A DNA stretch of 64,000 nt from an uncultured delta proteobacterium (GTDB lineage Bacteria > Desulfobacterota > Binatia > UBA9968), in assembly GCA_963816145.1 (NCBI GenBank), contig CAWFJP010000005.1, positions 160,001 through 224,000 of the forward strand. Reading direction: 5' to 3'. The notes beneath the pieces were generated by a model. That model saw only the letters and a list, made by a program, of their open reading frames with translations. It was not told the DNA's origin and did not search any database. Made by a program: the position numbers and the translations under genes. Positions 20,687 to 30,124 of the stretch are shown here, piece after piece. Within the stretch, counting starts at the first letter, position 1, and the number at the start of each line of letters is the position of its first letter.

Positions 20687-21775
20687 TCAACTTACCTGAT
20701 AAAACCGCAGCGCGTTCCCGCCAAGGATCGCCGCTTTATCCTCATCGCTGAGTCCTTCGTATTCCTCCACCTCTTCGATCTCGTGCAGGATGTCTTGCGG
20801 GCCGATTTCGTGGGGGAAGTCGCTGGCGAAGAGGAAGTGGTTGTTGCCGGAGCGTTTGACCTGGTAGTCGAGGCCCACCTCGCCGCCTTCGCAGCCGATG
20901 TAGACGTTGGGATTCTTGAGATACTCGCTGGGCTTTTTCTGCATCGACGGGCCTTTGTAGCGTTCGCGCAGGTTGAGTTCGCCGAAGTAGTGGTGCGAAC
21001 GATCCATTCGATCCATCCAGAAGGTCGCCCAGGCGGCGCCGCCTTCGAGAAAGCCGATGCGCAGTTTGGGGAACTGATCGAAGACGCCGTGATAGACCAT
21101 GCCGGAAAATGCGATAATCAACGACAGCGGATGTCCCAGGCCATGGATCGGCACGAAGTTTTCAAAAGTGTCGATGCCCATGCCGTGATGGCAACCGCCG
21201 TGGACGGCGAGGGCGCAGCCTAGCTTTTCCGCTTCGGCGTAAATCGGCCAATAGGTGCGGTGGCCGAGGTCGAAGGGTAAGCCGCGCGACGGCAGCATCG
21301 CGCCGGGCATGCCCAGCTCTTTCACGGCGCGGCGTAGTTCGTTGACCGCTTCGCTGACATCCTGCATCGGAATCAACGCCATGCCTTTGAGCTTGGGGCT
21401 GCGCTTCATGTAGCGGTCGTGCAGCCAGTTGTTGTACGCGCGGGCGACGACGCAGGCCCAGTCAGGATGGACTATGTTGCCCATGGCGAGACCGACGGTG
21501 GGGTAGAGAAAGGCGTATTCGAACTTCGATACCTCCAGGAACTGAACCCATTCCTCCGGGCCGACGCGCTTGCCGCCGCCGAAAGCGCGGTCGCTGCGTT
21601 TGAAGGTTGCCAGGTGAAGAAAGTCTAAAGTCGGAAAGACATTGCCGAGAACATTGCGGATCGGTCCGATGATGCCGCCTTGGGTTCGGCAACTGCGATA
21701 GGGTTCCTCAAGAAAATCCATGAGGGTTTCGTCTTCGATGACATGGCCGTCGGCGTCGATCAATCTCGGTTCCAT
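20687..21775 (-). CDS. Amidohydrolase family 2 protein
   Basis: IDADGHV, YPT, AVHGG, FLEGG, FASDFPHE, GGNALRFY motifs. Confidence 0.92.
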   Translation of the reverse strand: MEPRLIDADGHVIEDETLMDFLEEPYRSCRTQGGIIGPIRNVLGNVFPTLDFLHLATFKRSDRAFGGGKRVGPEEWVQFLEVSKFEYAFLYPTVGLAMGNIVHPDWACVVARAYNNWLHDRYMKRSPKLKGMALIPMQDVSEAVNELRRAVKELGMPGAMLPSRGLPFDLGHRTYWPIYAEAEKLGCALAVHGGCHHGMGIDTFENFVPIHGLGHPLSLIIAFSGMVYHGVFDQFPKLRIGFLEGGAAWATFWMDRMDRSHHYFGELNLRERYKGPSMQKKPSEYLKNPNVYIGCEGGEVGLDYQVKRSGNNHFLFASDFPHEIGPQDILHEIEEVEEYEGLSDEDKAAILGGNALRFYQVS

Positions 21776-21848
21776 GGGGATCTCCATAAAATGTTTTTCG
21801 GCTTTCTAGGGTTTTATGTGGATCACGTCTGTCGGTCAGACTGTTTTG

Positions 21849-21931
21849 TTCACCACGAAGATCACGAAGGGCACGAAGCGGTTGGATAAATTATTTTCCG
21901 AACTTCGTGATCTTCGTGTCCTTCGTGGTAA
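21849..21931. repeat. Inverted pair of 9-nt-period CACGAAG/CTTCGTG arms
   Basis: TTCACCACGAAGATCACGAAGGGCACGAAG ... CTTCGTGATCTTCGTGTCCTTCGTGGTAA. Confidence 0.85.
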
Positions 21932-21943
21932 GTCATGGTCTGC

Positions 21944-22918
21944 CTATTTACACAACGCCCGTGCGGCTTCGACGATCCGTTCCGCCATCGGCGTGACGTA
22001 GTCCTCCAATGGCACGGCGTAGGGCACCGGTACCGGAGGGATCGACACGCGTTTGATCGGCGCGCGCAGACTGGCGAAGCCTTCGTCGGCGATGATCGCG
22101 GCGAGGCCGGCGGCGACGCCGCAATTATCATGGCTCTCGTCGGTGATCAGCACACGGCCGGTTTTTTTCACCGACGCGAGCAGCGCCGGTTTGTCCAATG
22201 GCTGCAACGTGCGCGGGTCGATGACTTCGGCGGCGATGCCGTCTTTCGCTAGAATTTGAGCGGCGGCCAAGGCGCGCGGCACTTGAATTGATGTTGCGAT
22301 GATCGTCAGGTCTTTGCCGGCGCGTTTGATGTCGGCTTTGCCGAGCGGGATTTCGTAGGCGCCGTCGGGCACGACGCCCTTGTTGTCCAATAAGCGGTCA
22401 TGGCCGAAGAAGATAGTCGGATCTTTGCTCTTAGTCAGCACGGTGCGCATCAACCCTTTGGCATCGGCGGGCGTCGACGGCATGATCACCTGCAAGCCCG
22501 GTGTGTTCCAGTACCAGGACTGCGGGCTGCCGGAGTGCTGCACGCCGCCGCCGCCGCGAATGCCGAACTTCAAATAAAAAACCACCGGCACATTGGTTTG
22601 CCCGCCGGAGTTGGAGTAGGCGATCGCCGCTTCGTTGACGATCTGCGGGATCGCTTCGTAAGAAAAAGTCGCAGTGCTGATGTCGACCAAAGGGCGCAGG
22701 CCGGCCATGGCGGCGCCGATAGCAATGCCGCAGAAGCCGATCTCGGCAATGGGCGGGTATTTGATCCGCGCCGCATATTTCTTCCGCAGCGCGGCGAGTT
22801 TTTCATGGCCGGCTTCGCCGGCGAAGCTCGGGTTGAACAGCACAATCCGCGGGTCTTGCTCCGCGACTTCATCGATGGCGGCCAGGAGCGCTTCACCAAA
22901 AGTCATTTCCTGTGGCAT
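21944..22918 (-). CDS. TPP-dependent dehydrogenase E1 beta subunit (PdhB/AcoB-like)
   Basis: PIAEIG, GAAMAGLRP, QHS, PSTPADAKGL, IDPRTLQPLD, SVKKTGR motifs. Confidence 0.9.
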   Translation of the reverse strand: MPQEMTFGEALLAAIDEVAEQDPRIVLFNPSFAGEAGHEKLAALRKKYAARIKYPPIAEIGFCGIAIGAAMAGLRPLVDISTATFSYEAIPQIVNEAAIAYSNSGGQTNVPVVFYLKFGIRGGGGVQHSGSPQSWYWNTPGLQVIMPSTPADAKGLMRTVLTKSKDPTIFFGHDRLLDNKGVVPDGAYEIPLGKADIKRAGKDLTIIATSIQVPRALAAAQILAKDGIAAEVIDPRTLQPLDKPALLASVKKTGRVLITDESHDNCGVAAGLAAIIADEGFASLRAPIKRVSIPPVPVPYAVPLEDYVTPMAERIVEAARALCK

Positions 22919-22921
22919 GGC

Positions 22922-23938
22922 TTAGTTTCCTTCCCCGGCAAATGCGTATTTGACGGCATCCTGTGCCGACGGCAGCGGGCTTTCGAGCGCGAACATAGCC
23001 GCCTCATCCGCTTGTTTGCGCACCTCGGCATCGATCTTTTCCAATTCGGCGCGGCTGACGCCGGCGCCGGCCAACTCGCGCACGTAATTCAAGATCGGAT
23101 CGTGGTTTTTGTGCCAGTCGCGCACTTTTTCCGGCGCGCCGCTCACGTCCCAGGCCCAGGCGATGTCGGTAATGCCGCCGACCAGTTTCGGCATGTTGAA
23201 AGCGTTACCGGGCCACAGGTGCGTGCGCGCTTCGACGAACAGCGGGCCTTGGCCGGCGCGCACGCGGCTGACGATATCATTTGCCGTCTTGTGCACCGTG
23301 CCGACATCGATGCCGTCGATAACGGTGGCTTCGACATCGAGCGCTTTGGGAATATTCGTCAGTTCCAAAGCCGCGTGGCCGGCGCCGCGGCCGCTGCGCC
23401 GATAATTATTTTCCATCCAGAAGATCATCGGCAGCTGCCAGAGCTTGGCGATGTTCAACGCTTCGTAGAACACGCCTTCTTCCATAGCGCCGTCGCCGAA
23501 AAACACCACGGTGATAGCTTTCTCACCTTTGACTTGCGCGGCGTAGGCGGTGCCGCCGGCGAGCGCCAAGCAGCCGCCGACGATGGCGGAGGTGTGAATG
23601 ACGCCGACTTCAGGCGCGGCGACGTGAAACGTCCCGGCGCGCCCCTGGCAGTAGCCGGTGGCGCGGCCGATGATCTCGGCCAGGACTTTCTTGGGGTCGC
23701 CGCCCTTGGCGATGACATGGCCGTGGTTGCGATGGGTGGTGAAGACATAATCGTCGGGGTTCAACCAGTCGCATACCGACACGCCGGTGGCTTCCTGGCC
23801 GATGTAAACATGGAAGTGGCCGCGGATCAGGCCGGTGTGTTCGTCGTTGAAGCGGATGCAATGTTCTTCGGCACGCCGGATCATCAGCATCTTGCGCAGG
23901 ATGCCGAGCTGCCGGTCTCGAGAAATGTCGGGTAGCAT
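22922..23938 (-). CDS. TPP-dependent dehydrogenase E1 alpha subunit (PdhA/AcoA-like)
   Basis: HVYIGQEA, THRNHGH, GDGA...ENN TPP motif, GPLFVEART. Confidence 0.9.
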   Translation of the reverse strand: MLPDISRDRQLGILRKMLMIRRAEEHCIRFNDEHTGLIRGHFHVYIGQEATGVSVCDWLNPDDYVFTTHRNHGHVIAKGGDPKKVLAEIIGRATGYCQGRAGTFHVAAPEVGVIHTSAIVGGCLALAGGTAYAAQVKGEKAITVVFFGDGAMEEGVFYEALNIAKLWQLPMIFWMENNYRRSGRGAGHAALELTNIPKALDVEATVIDGIDVGTVHKTANDIVSRVRAGQGPLFVEARTHLWPGNAFNMPKLVGGITDIAWAWDVSGAPEKVRDWHKNHDPILNYVRELAGAGVSRAELEKIDAEVRKQADEAAMFALESPLPSAQDAVKYAFAGEGN

Positions 23939-24076
23939 GGGTACCTCCCTGGGTTAGTGGCCTTCGGTGCATACTTACTGCCGGTCTTCGAGAATTGCAA
24001 AGAGTGTTGAGATTAGTGAGTTGTTCCGTCTTGGGCGGTAGAATCTCCACCCTGTTAGTCGTTGATATAGATTAAC

Positions 24077-24170
24077 TCACCACGAAGGACACGAAGATCA
24101 CGAAGGAGGGACAAGGATTGCCTTGCCTGTGAACTCTAACCCTTCGTGTCCTTCGCGCCTTCGTGGTGAA
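24077..24170. repeat. Inverted pair of 9-nt-period CACGAAG/CTTCGTG arms
   Basis: TCACCACGAAGGACACGAAGATCACGAAG ... CTTCGTGTCCTTCGCGCCTTCGTGGTGAA. Confidence 0.85.
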
Positions 24171-24274
24171 AATGAAAATTGTCATTGCGCGGATGGGCTC
24201 GCTTTACTTGAACTGGTTAGGGCTTTCCATTAGCGTTCTCGCAACATCTTCGAGAAAGTTGAGTCCTGATCGTC

Positions 24275-24613
24275 ATGAATTGTCCGAAATGCCAATCCGC
24301 CACATTGGCGGAGTTCAAACTGGAAGGCGTCGCAGTGGACCGCTGTTCCCGGTGCGACGGGATATGGTTCGACGCCCAGGAGCTCGGCGAGCTGTTGGCT
24401 GAAGATGCCAGGCTCGTGGCCGAATTGCGCCGCGGCTCGGTGGACGAATTCACCGATACAAAAAAAGGCCGTTGCCCGCGCGACTCTGCCGACCTCCTGC
24501 GAATTTACAGCGCCATCGATCGCAGCGTGACCTTGGACGCCTGCGCCGACTGCCATGGCATCTGGCTCGATGCCGGCGAATTCGCCAAGCTATTCGCGGC
24601 GCGCCGTCGATAG
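24275..24613 (+). CDS. zf-TFIIB double zinc-ribbon protein
   Basis: MNCPKC...DRCSRCDGIWFDAQEL, repeated as CPRD...DACADCHGIWLDAGEF. Confidence 0.88.
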   Translation: MNCPKCQSATLAEFKLEGVAVDRCSRCDGIWFDAQELGELLAEDARLVAELRRGSVDEFTDTKKGRCPRDSADLLRIYSAIDRSVTLDACADCHGIWLDAGEFAKLFAARRR

Positions 24614-24817
24614 CGGAACATGCTTGTTTGCGTCGCCGTTCACATGTTAGAAGCCGAGAGAATATGATTGAGGAGAATGATGCGATGGCATACCGTGACG
24701 CAATGCCCATTTTGCTCTCGATGTGATCGCCATCGATCCGGGCGCGTAGTCGTGCGGCGCGCGAATTCCAAATTTCAAATTCCAGATTCCAAATTCGCAG
24801 ACCGCTGGGAGAATGAG

Positions 24818-25811
24818 ATGATGGTCGAAACTTTCGCTTTTGCTAAATCTATCGCCCGAGTGTCGCTGATTTCAGTTCTGTTGATATTCGCTGGCGCCGT
24901 CGATTAGCGAGGCGGCGCAGCCGGCGCGCGAGTTGAAAGAAGTAAAAGTCGCTTATCCGCCGTCGATGGCATCGGTGACTCTGATGACCGGGATCAAGCA
25001 GCATTTTTTCGACGAACAGGGGCTGCGGCCGGTGCTACTGGTTATCACCAGCGATCTGGCGCTGAAGAGCCAGGTGGTCGGCGAGATCGATTACACGTTG
25101 TTCGGCGGCGGCTCCGGTATGCTGGCGGCGGCGCAAGGATTGCCGATTAAAAACGTTCACTTTCCGCATAAGTTCGCCGATCTGACTTTGGTGGGAAGGC
25201 CGGAATACAAATCGGTCGCGCAGCTGCGCGGCAAGAAAGTCGGCGTCAGCAGCTTTTCCGGAGCGGTCTACAACTCCACCCGGGCCATGCTCTCGGCCGG
25301 CGGTTTGGACCCCGACAAGGATGTCATCATCATTCCGATGGGACGCGAACCGATCCGGCTCCAGGCACTCTTTTCCGGCAGCATCGATGCGGCGACGCTG
25401 CCGGTGCCGCTGCATGCCGTGGCGGAGGAGAAAGGTTTCAGCCTGCTTGCCGATATCGAAGGCAAATTCGAAGTGCCGTTCAGCGGTATTACCGTGACCG
25501 ATAAGAAACTCAGAGAGAATCCCGATGAGGTGAAACGTTTCATTCGCGCGATGGTGAAGGCCAGCGGGTATTTCCTGAGCCATCGCGGCGAGTCGGTGGC
25601 GCTTTACATGGACTGGCTGAAACTTTCGCGGCCGATCGCGGAGAGCGCCTACGTGCGCTCGCTTAAGACGGTGAGCCCAGACGGATTAGGAAAAGACAGT
25701 GCGATCAAGACTCAACTCGCGATCATCAAGCAGACTACCGGGAAAGATGTCAAGGCGGAGGATGTCATCGATTTTACCCTGCTGCGACAAGTCTTGGCGG
25801 AAGCGAAGTGA
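24818..25811 (+). CDS. NMT1/THI5-type ABC substrate-binding protein; signal peptide detached by a +1 frameshift near 24897
   Basis: Body in ORF 24933..25811 (QLRGKKVGVSS, EDVIDFTLL); the signal peptide MMVETF...LLIFAGA lies in the adjacent frame. Confidence 0.8.
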
Positions 25812-25843
25812 GCGCGGCAGCGGATAACCAAAAGGGACGGTGC

Positions 25844-26860
25844 ATGAAGATATTCTCGCTGCAGAGCTGGGTGGCAGTGCTGCTGGCTGCGATTGTATCT
25901 TCTGGATTCAGCCAAGCGGCGGCGCAAACGATCGCGACGAAGCTGGAAAAGAGCCGCTTGGAAGTCGCCATGGCGGGGACGGGTTCGACGAGCTTGCCGT
26001 TACTCGTGACGTTAGAGGCCGGCTATTTCACCAAGCGCGGTCTTGCGGTCAACCTCAATCAAGTGAGCGCCAGCGTCTCGGTGCAAGGCGTGATCTCCGG
26101 CACCATCGATATCTACCAAGGCGGCGCCGCGGCGATTGCCGGCAACCTCGCCGGCGCGGACATTATTTATGTCGCCGCCGCTGTCGATAAGAGCTCGCTC
26201 AATCTATTCGGTCAAAAGGGCATCACCAGCTTCGAAGCGCTGCGCGGCAAAGCGATCTCGACGACGTCGCCGGGCGCCTTTGGCGAGATCGCCGTGCGCG
26301 GCACGGCGCGCCGCTTGGGACTGGAAATAGGCAAGGATATCAAGCTGCTCTACCATCGCACGCCGGCTGAGGCGCTGTCGACATTTTTGCTTGGCAACGC
26401 CGAGGGCCTGGTCATCACACCGCCGCAGACCGATATGGCCAGGCAGAAGGGCTATCCGATGCTGATCGATTATTTCAAAGAAGGCTTCAAAATCATCGGG
26501 CCGGGCACGTCAGTGACGCGCGAATTCGCGCAAAGGAATCCCAACACACTCAAGGCCTACCTGATGGCTTATCTCGACGGCCTGCGCCGGACGATCGACG
26601 ATGAAGAATACGCCAAAAAGATCTGCGCGAAATATACCAAGTTAACCGACATGAATATTTTGACGGAAACCTACCAGCAGGGGCTGCGGGTGTGGAACCG
26701 CGACATGACCGTCGATCCGGCGGCGATCCGTAACGTGCTCGATGATTCTTCCGATCCGAAAGCGAAGAGCGCTGACCCGAAGCGGTTTTACGACAATGCG
26801 ATTATTCAGCAGGTCAATCGCGAGCACGCCGCGAAGTTGTTTCCGGGGGAAATGAAATAA
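25844..26860 (+). CDS. NMT1/THI5-type ABC substrate-binding protein
   Basis: EAGYFTKRGL, LRGKAIST, DPKRFYDN motifs; close paralog of the next gene. Confidence 0.88.
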   Translation: MKIFSLQSWVAVLLAAIVSSGFSQAAAQTIATKLEKSRLEVAMAGTGSTSLPLLVTLEAGYFTKRGLAVNLNQVSASVSVQGVISGTIDIYQGGAAAIAGNLAGADIIYVAAAVDKSSLNLFGQKGITSFEALRGKAISTTSPGAFGEIAVRGTARRLGLEIGKDIKLLYHRTPAEALSTFLLGNAEGLVITPPQTDMARQKGYPMLIDYFKEGFKIIGPGTSVTREFAQRNPNTLKAYLMAYLDGLRRTIDDEEYAKKICAKYTKLTDMNILTETYQQGLRVWNRDMTVDPAAIRNVLDDSSDPKAKSADPKRFYDNAIIQQVNREHAAKLFPGEMK

Positions 26861-26965
26861 GAGGTAAGGGGTGAATGGTTAGGGGTAAGGGGTTTCGGAT
26901 GCCGCTCGGGGAGATTGTTCGCCGCATGGGAAGCTTTTGCACTGTCGTAGGAGGTTGAGGGGATC

Positions 26966-27973
26966 ATGGCAATGAAATTTTCGCTTCGTGGAATCGCTTC
27001 GGTAGCGGTGATGCTTGCGTTTTTAGTTGCCGACGCCGGCGCCCAGGCGGTCAAGCCGGAGAAGAAGAGTCTCGAGATCGCGATCGCGGCATTTGCGCAT
27101 ACGACCATGCCATTGTTGATAGCGCAGGAGGCGGGTTACTTCGCCAAATACGGCCTCAACGTGAATATCAGCGCAGTCAGCGCAGCTGTCGCGGTGCAGG
27201 GGTTGATATCGGGCAAGATCGACATTTATCAAGGCGGGTCGGCGGCGATGATGGCGACGCTCGCCGGCGCCGATATTATTTACGTCGCCGCGGGCGTCGA
27301 CAAGAGCTCTCTTATGCTGTTTGGCCAGAAGGGCGTCACCAGCTTCGACGCGCTGCGCGGCAAGACGGTCGCGACGACCTCGCCTGGCGCCTTCGGCGAG
27401 ATCGCCATGCGCATGATGGCGCGGAAAAACGGCATGGAAATTCCCAAAGACATTAAGCTGATGTTCCATGGCACGCCGGCGCAAGCGTATTCGACGTTTA
27501 CGCTGGGCAACTCCGATGGGATGATCAACACACCCCCGCAGAGCGATATGGCACGACAGAAAGGCTATCCGGTGATCATCGATTTTTACAAAGAGGGCTT
27601 GAAAATTATCGGCCCCGGCACGGCCGTGACCCGAGAGTTCTCACAAAAGAATCCTAACACTGTCAAAGCTTTTCTGATGGGGCTTTTGGAGGGCATCAAA
27701 CGCGCTTTCGATGACGAAGAATACGCCAGCAAGCTCGAATCGAAATATTCCAAAGTTACCGACCCGAAAATACTCGCGGAAAATTATCAACAAGGGCTAC
27801 GCGTGTGGAACAAGGACCTGACTGTCGATCCGGCGGCGATCCGTGTGGTGCTCGAAGACTCTCCGGATGGCAAGGGCAAGGGCGCCGATCCGAAGCGGTT
27901 CTACGATAATTCTTTTATTCAAGCGATCAACCGCGACTTCGCGTCGAAGTTGTTTCCCGGGGAAGTGAAGTGA
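26966..27973 (+). CDS. NMT1/THI5-type ABC substrate-binding protein (tandem paralog)
   Basis: Shares long blocks with 25844..26860 (TTSPGAFGEIA, YQQGLRVWN, DPKRFYDN, KLFPGE). Confidence 0.9.
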   Translation: MAMKFSLRGIASVAVMLAFLVADAGAQAVKPEKKSLEIAIAAFAHTTMPLLIAQEAGYFAKYGLNVNISAVSAAVAVQGLISGKIDIYQGGSAAMMATLAGADIIYVAAGVDKSSLMLFGQKGVTSFDALRGKTVATTSPGAFGEIAMRMMARKNGMEIPKDIKLMFHGTPAQAYSTFTLGNSDGMINTPPQSDMARQKGYPVIIDFYKEGLKIIGPGTAVTREFSQKNPNTVKAFLMGLLEGIKRAFDDEEYASKLESKYSKVTDPKILAENYQQGLRVWNKDLTVDPAAIRVVLEDSPDGKGKGADPKRFYDNSFIQAINRDFASKLFPGEVK

Positions 27974-28090
27974 ATAGGCATGAGGCACGAGGCAATAGGC
28001 AACCGTAAGATGGCGCGGGTAACCACCCGTCTTGGTATGCTCTATAGTTACCTTTTTTTTGCGTTCTTTGCGGCCGGTCGCTTCGCCGAA

Positions 28091-29263
28091 TCAATTTCGC
28101 CCGAGATAGGCGATTGAATCGATTTCTACGAGGCAACCTGGCGACAGTTCTTCGACGATTACCGTGAGCCCTGCGGGCATGGGACGGCTACGGCCATGCG
28201 CGGCGAAGAAGTTTCTGTAGGCTTCGGCAAACTCCTGGCGATTGGTGCCGTCAGTTAAATACACAGTAGTCTTCACGATGTCATCCAGGCTGCCGCCGGC
28301 GGCTTCGACGATGTCTTTGGTGTGGCGCAGGGTCGCTTCGGTTTGGCCGGCGAGACTGCCTTCACATTCGACAATTCGATCGAAGGTCACGGAGTCTTGA
28401 CCCGCGAGCAGCAGCCAATCGCCGACCCGCACCGACTGGGAAAAGGAACCGGGGGCCAGACGAACTTTGGGACTCGTGACAATCTTCTGCTCGCCGCGAT
28501 AGGCGATCGCCATGGAGCGCAGCAATATACTCTCGCCTAACGATCGTATGTAGATGCCCGAGTTGGGTGGAAAGGCATCTTCGGCGAAAATTCCCTGGTA
28601 AACTTTTTTGCGCGCTGCGCCGTAGCCTGGGCGGTATTTAGTTCCGGGCATGAACATGAAAGTCCGGCAAAGATTGCCGAGGCCGAGCTGCTGGCGGCCG
28701 AGAATCTTGTCGATACGCGTGAGCACTTCGCTGGTTTGCATTTCAATCGAGGTCGCCGCGGCGATGCGGTCATTCTGATCCGCCGCATCCACACCGGAAA
28801 GAAAATAGAAATTGCCGACGCGCACGCCATGGCATCCCGCGCCGATGGACAGCGGGAAATTGGCAATGCGGATAGTCTCACGATCTTCGCTGGTCGTGGC
28901 GATGGCATCCAAACGCACGCGGCAACCGCCGTCGAGACCGCAGACGCCGACGAAATTCACGGCCGGCGCATCGTTACCGAAACGAGCTCGCAGCGTCTTG
29001 GCAACGGCGGTAGCGTCGCGGTATTCGGCTATATAGACCGAGAGGCTGACCACGTCTACAGTCGATAGGCCGAACGGTTGCAGCGTGGTGTCGAGATTGA
29101 GGAGAGATTGGTCTGTTTGTAGTTCGGCTGTTGGCGCTGCTCTAACAGCGCCCTCCTGGCCGCGTGCATCGTGGGCGACGAATATGAATTCACCTGCCTG
29201 GACGCCTTGCCTGAACAGGCTCGACTCCGAGAAAAGGTATTGTTCGGATGGTGTTGGCGACAT
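28091..29263 (-). CDS. Protein with three tandem RidA/YjgF-like domains
   Basis: Three repeats of G..V..G..F.SG...QT...L..I...L...G..L..V.....Y...P...; the third ends LVEIDSIA. Confidence 0.82.
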   Translation of the reverse strand: MSPTPSEQYLFSESSLFRQGVQAGEFIFVAHDARGQEGAVRAAPTAELQTDQSLLNLDTTLQPFGLSTVDVVSLSVYIAEYRDATAVAKTLRARFGNDAPAVNFVGVCGLDGGCRVRLDAIATTSEDRETIRIANFPLSIGAGCHGVRVGNFYFLSGVDAADQNDRIAAATSIEMQTSEVLTRIDKILGRQQLGLGNLCRTFMFMPGTKYRPGYGAARKKVYQGIFAEDAFPPNSGIYIRSLGESILLRSMAIAYRGEQKIVTSPKVRLAPGSFSQSVRVGDWLLLAGQDSVTFDRIVECEGSLAGQTEATLRHTKDIVEAAGGSLDDIVKTTVYLTDGTNRQEFAEAYRNFFAAHGRSRPMPAGLTVIVEELSPGCLVEIDSIAYLGRN

Positions 29264-29285
29264 GGGATTGTTTGATGCTGAGAAC

Positions 29286-29312
29286 AGGGCAACCACAGGG
29301 GGTTGCCCCTAC
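29286..29312 (-). repeat. GTAG-type REP palindrome
   Basis: Minus strand reads GTAGGGGCAACCCCCTGTGGTTGCCCT; near-identical copy at 38412-38438. Confidence 0.8.
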
Positions 29313-29352
29313 ACCATTACCCACCTGATAATTTCGTTGCGGCTCGTGGCGA

Positions 29353-30015
29353 TCAGTGACCGGCGTTTTCCCACACCGACATGCCGGCGCGGCAGCACAG
29401 CGCGTCTTGTTCCGGACGGCTCGCGCCGGCGACACCGATGGCGCCGACGATGGTGACGCCGTTGACGATCGGCAGGGCGCCGGCCATGGGCAAAATCTTG
29501 CCACGGTGCGAAATCATTAGGCTGCGTAGCCAGGGCTGGCGCGCTTGCGGCACCATTTCAGTAGTTGAGACGTGAAACGCGGCGGCGGTGTAGGCCTTGT
29601 TGAACGCCAGCTCGGCGCTTCTCGCTTCGGCCTTGTCCATCTTGCCCACCGCTATGGGGGCGCCGGCCTCGTCGACCACCACGGCGGTGATCGCGCTGCC
29701 GACCAGGCTGGCGTACTCGTGGGCGGACTCGATCATCGCCCAGGCGGTAGCGAAGGGCACCGGGCCGATGGCTGCTTTGTTCTGGCGGAAGAATGCCGCG
29801 TTAACTTCGATGGCGTAGGTGTATTGGGCGGGAAGATCCACGTCTTTGAATATCGCGTCCACCGGGCAGACGATCTCGCACTGCTCGCAGTCGATGCAGA
29901 CTTCCGGGTCGACGTAGAACTGCGGCGCGCCCGGTTTGGTGTGGATGCAGGCTACCGGACATACTTCGACGCAGGCGCCGTCGTTGGTGCAAAGGTCGGT
30001 GATGATGTAAGGCAT
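29353..30015 (-). CDS. Dicluster ferredoxin fused to a GlcG/HbpS (Haem_degrading) domain
   Basis: CxxDxxCxxxCP and CxxCxxCxxxCP at the N-terminus; C-terminal AVVVDEAG, AFNKAYTAA, GALPI..GAIGVAG...D. Confidence 0.88.
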   Translation of the reverse strand: MPYIITDLCTNDGACVEVCPVACIHTKPGAPQFYVDPEVCIDCEQCEIVCPVDAIFKDVDLPAQYTYAIEVNAAFFRQNKAAIGPVPFATAWAMIESAHEYASLVGSAITAVVVDEAGAPIAVGKMDKAEARSAELAFNKAYTAAAFHVSTTEMVPQARQPWLRSLMISHRGKILPMAGALPIVNGVTIVGAIGVAGASRPEQDALCCRAGMSVWENAGH

Positions 30016-30034
30016 GGTCCTCGCTACGCTCGGC

Positions 30035-30123
30035 AATTAATAATGGATAATTGAGAATGGAGAATCGAAAGGAAGTTTCCGAATCCGCAATTATCAATTC
30101 TCCATAATCCATTCTCAATTATT
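30035..30123. repeat. Inverted pair of 7-nt-period GAGAATG/CATTCTC-type arms
   Basis: AATTAATAATGGATAATTGAGAATGGAGAAT ... AATTATCAATTCTCCATAATCCATTCTCAATT; a single arm also lies at 33590-33615. Confidence 0.75.
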
Positions 30124-30124
30124 T

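Noticed and set aside
22400-23935. Long antisense and alternate-frame ORFs (e.g. 22400..23935 +, 36698..38161 -, 5998..7173 -, 35600..36598 +)
   Set aside because: They are shadows of well-supported genes on the opposite strand, which is typical of high-GC codon usage, and show no recognisable motifs.
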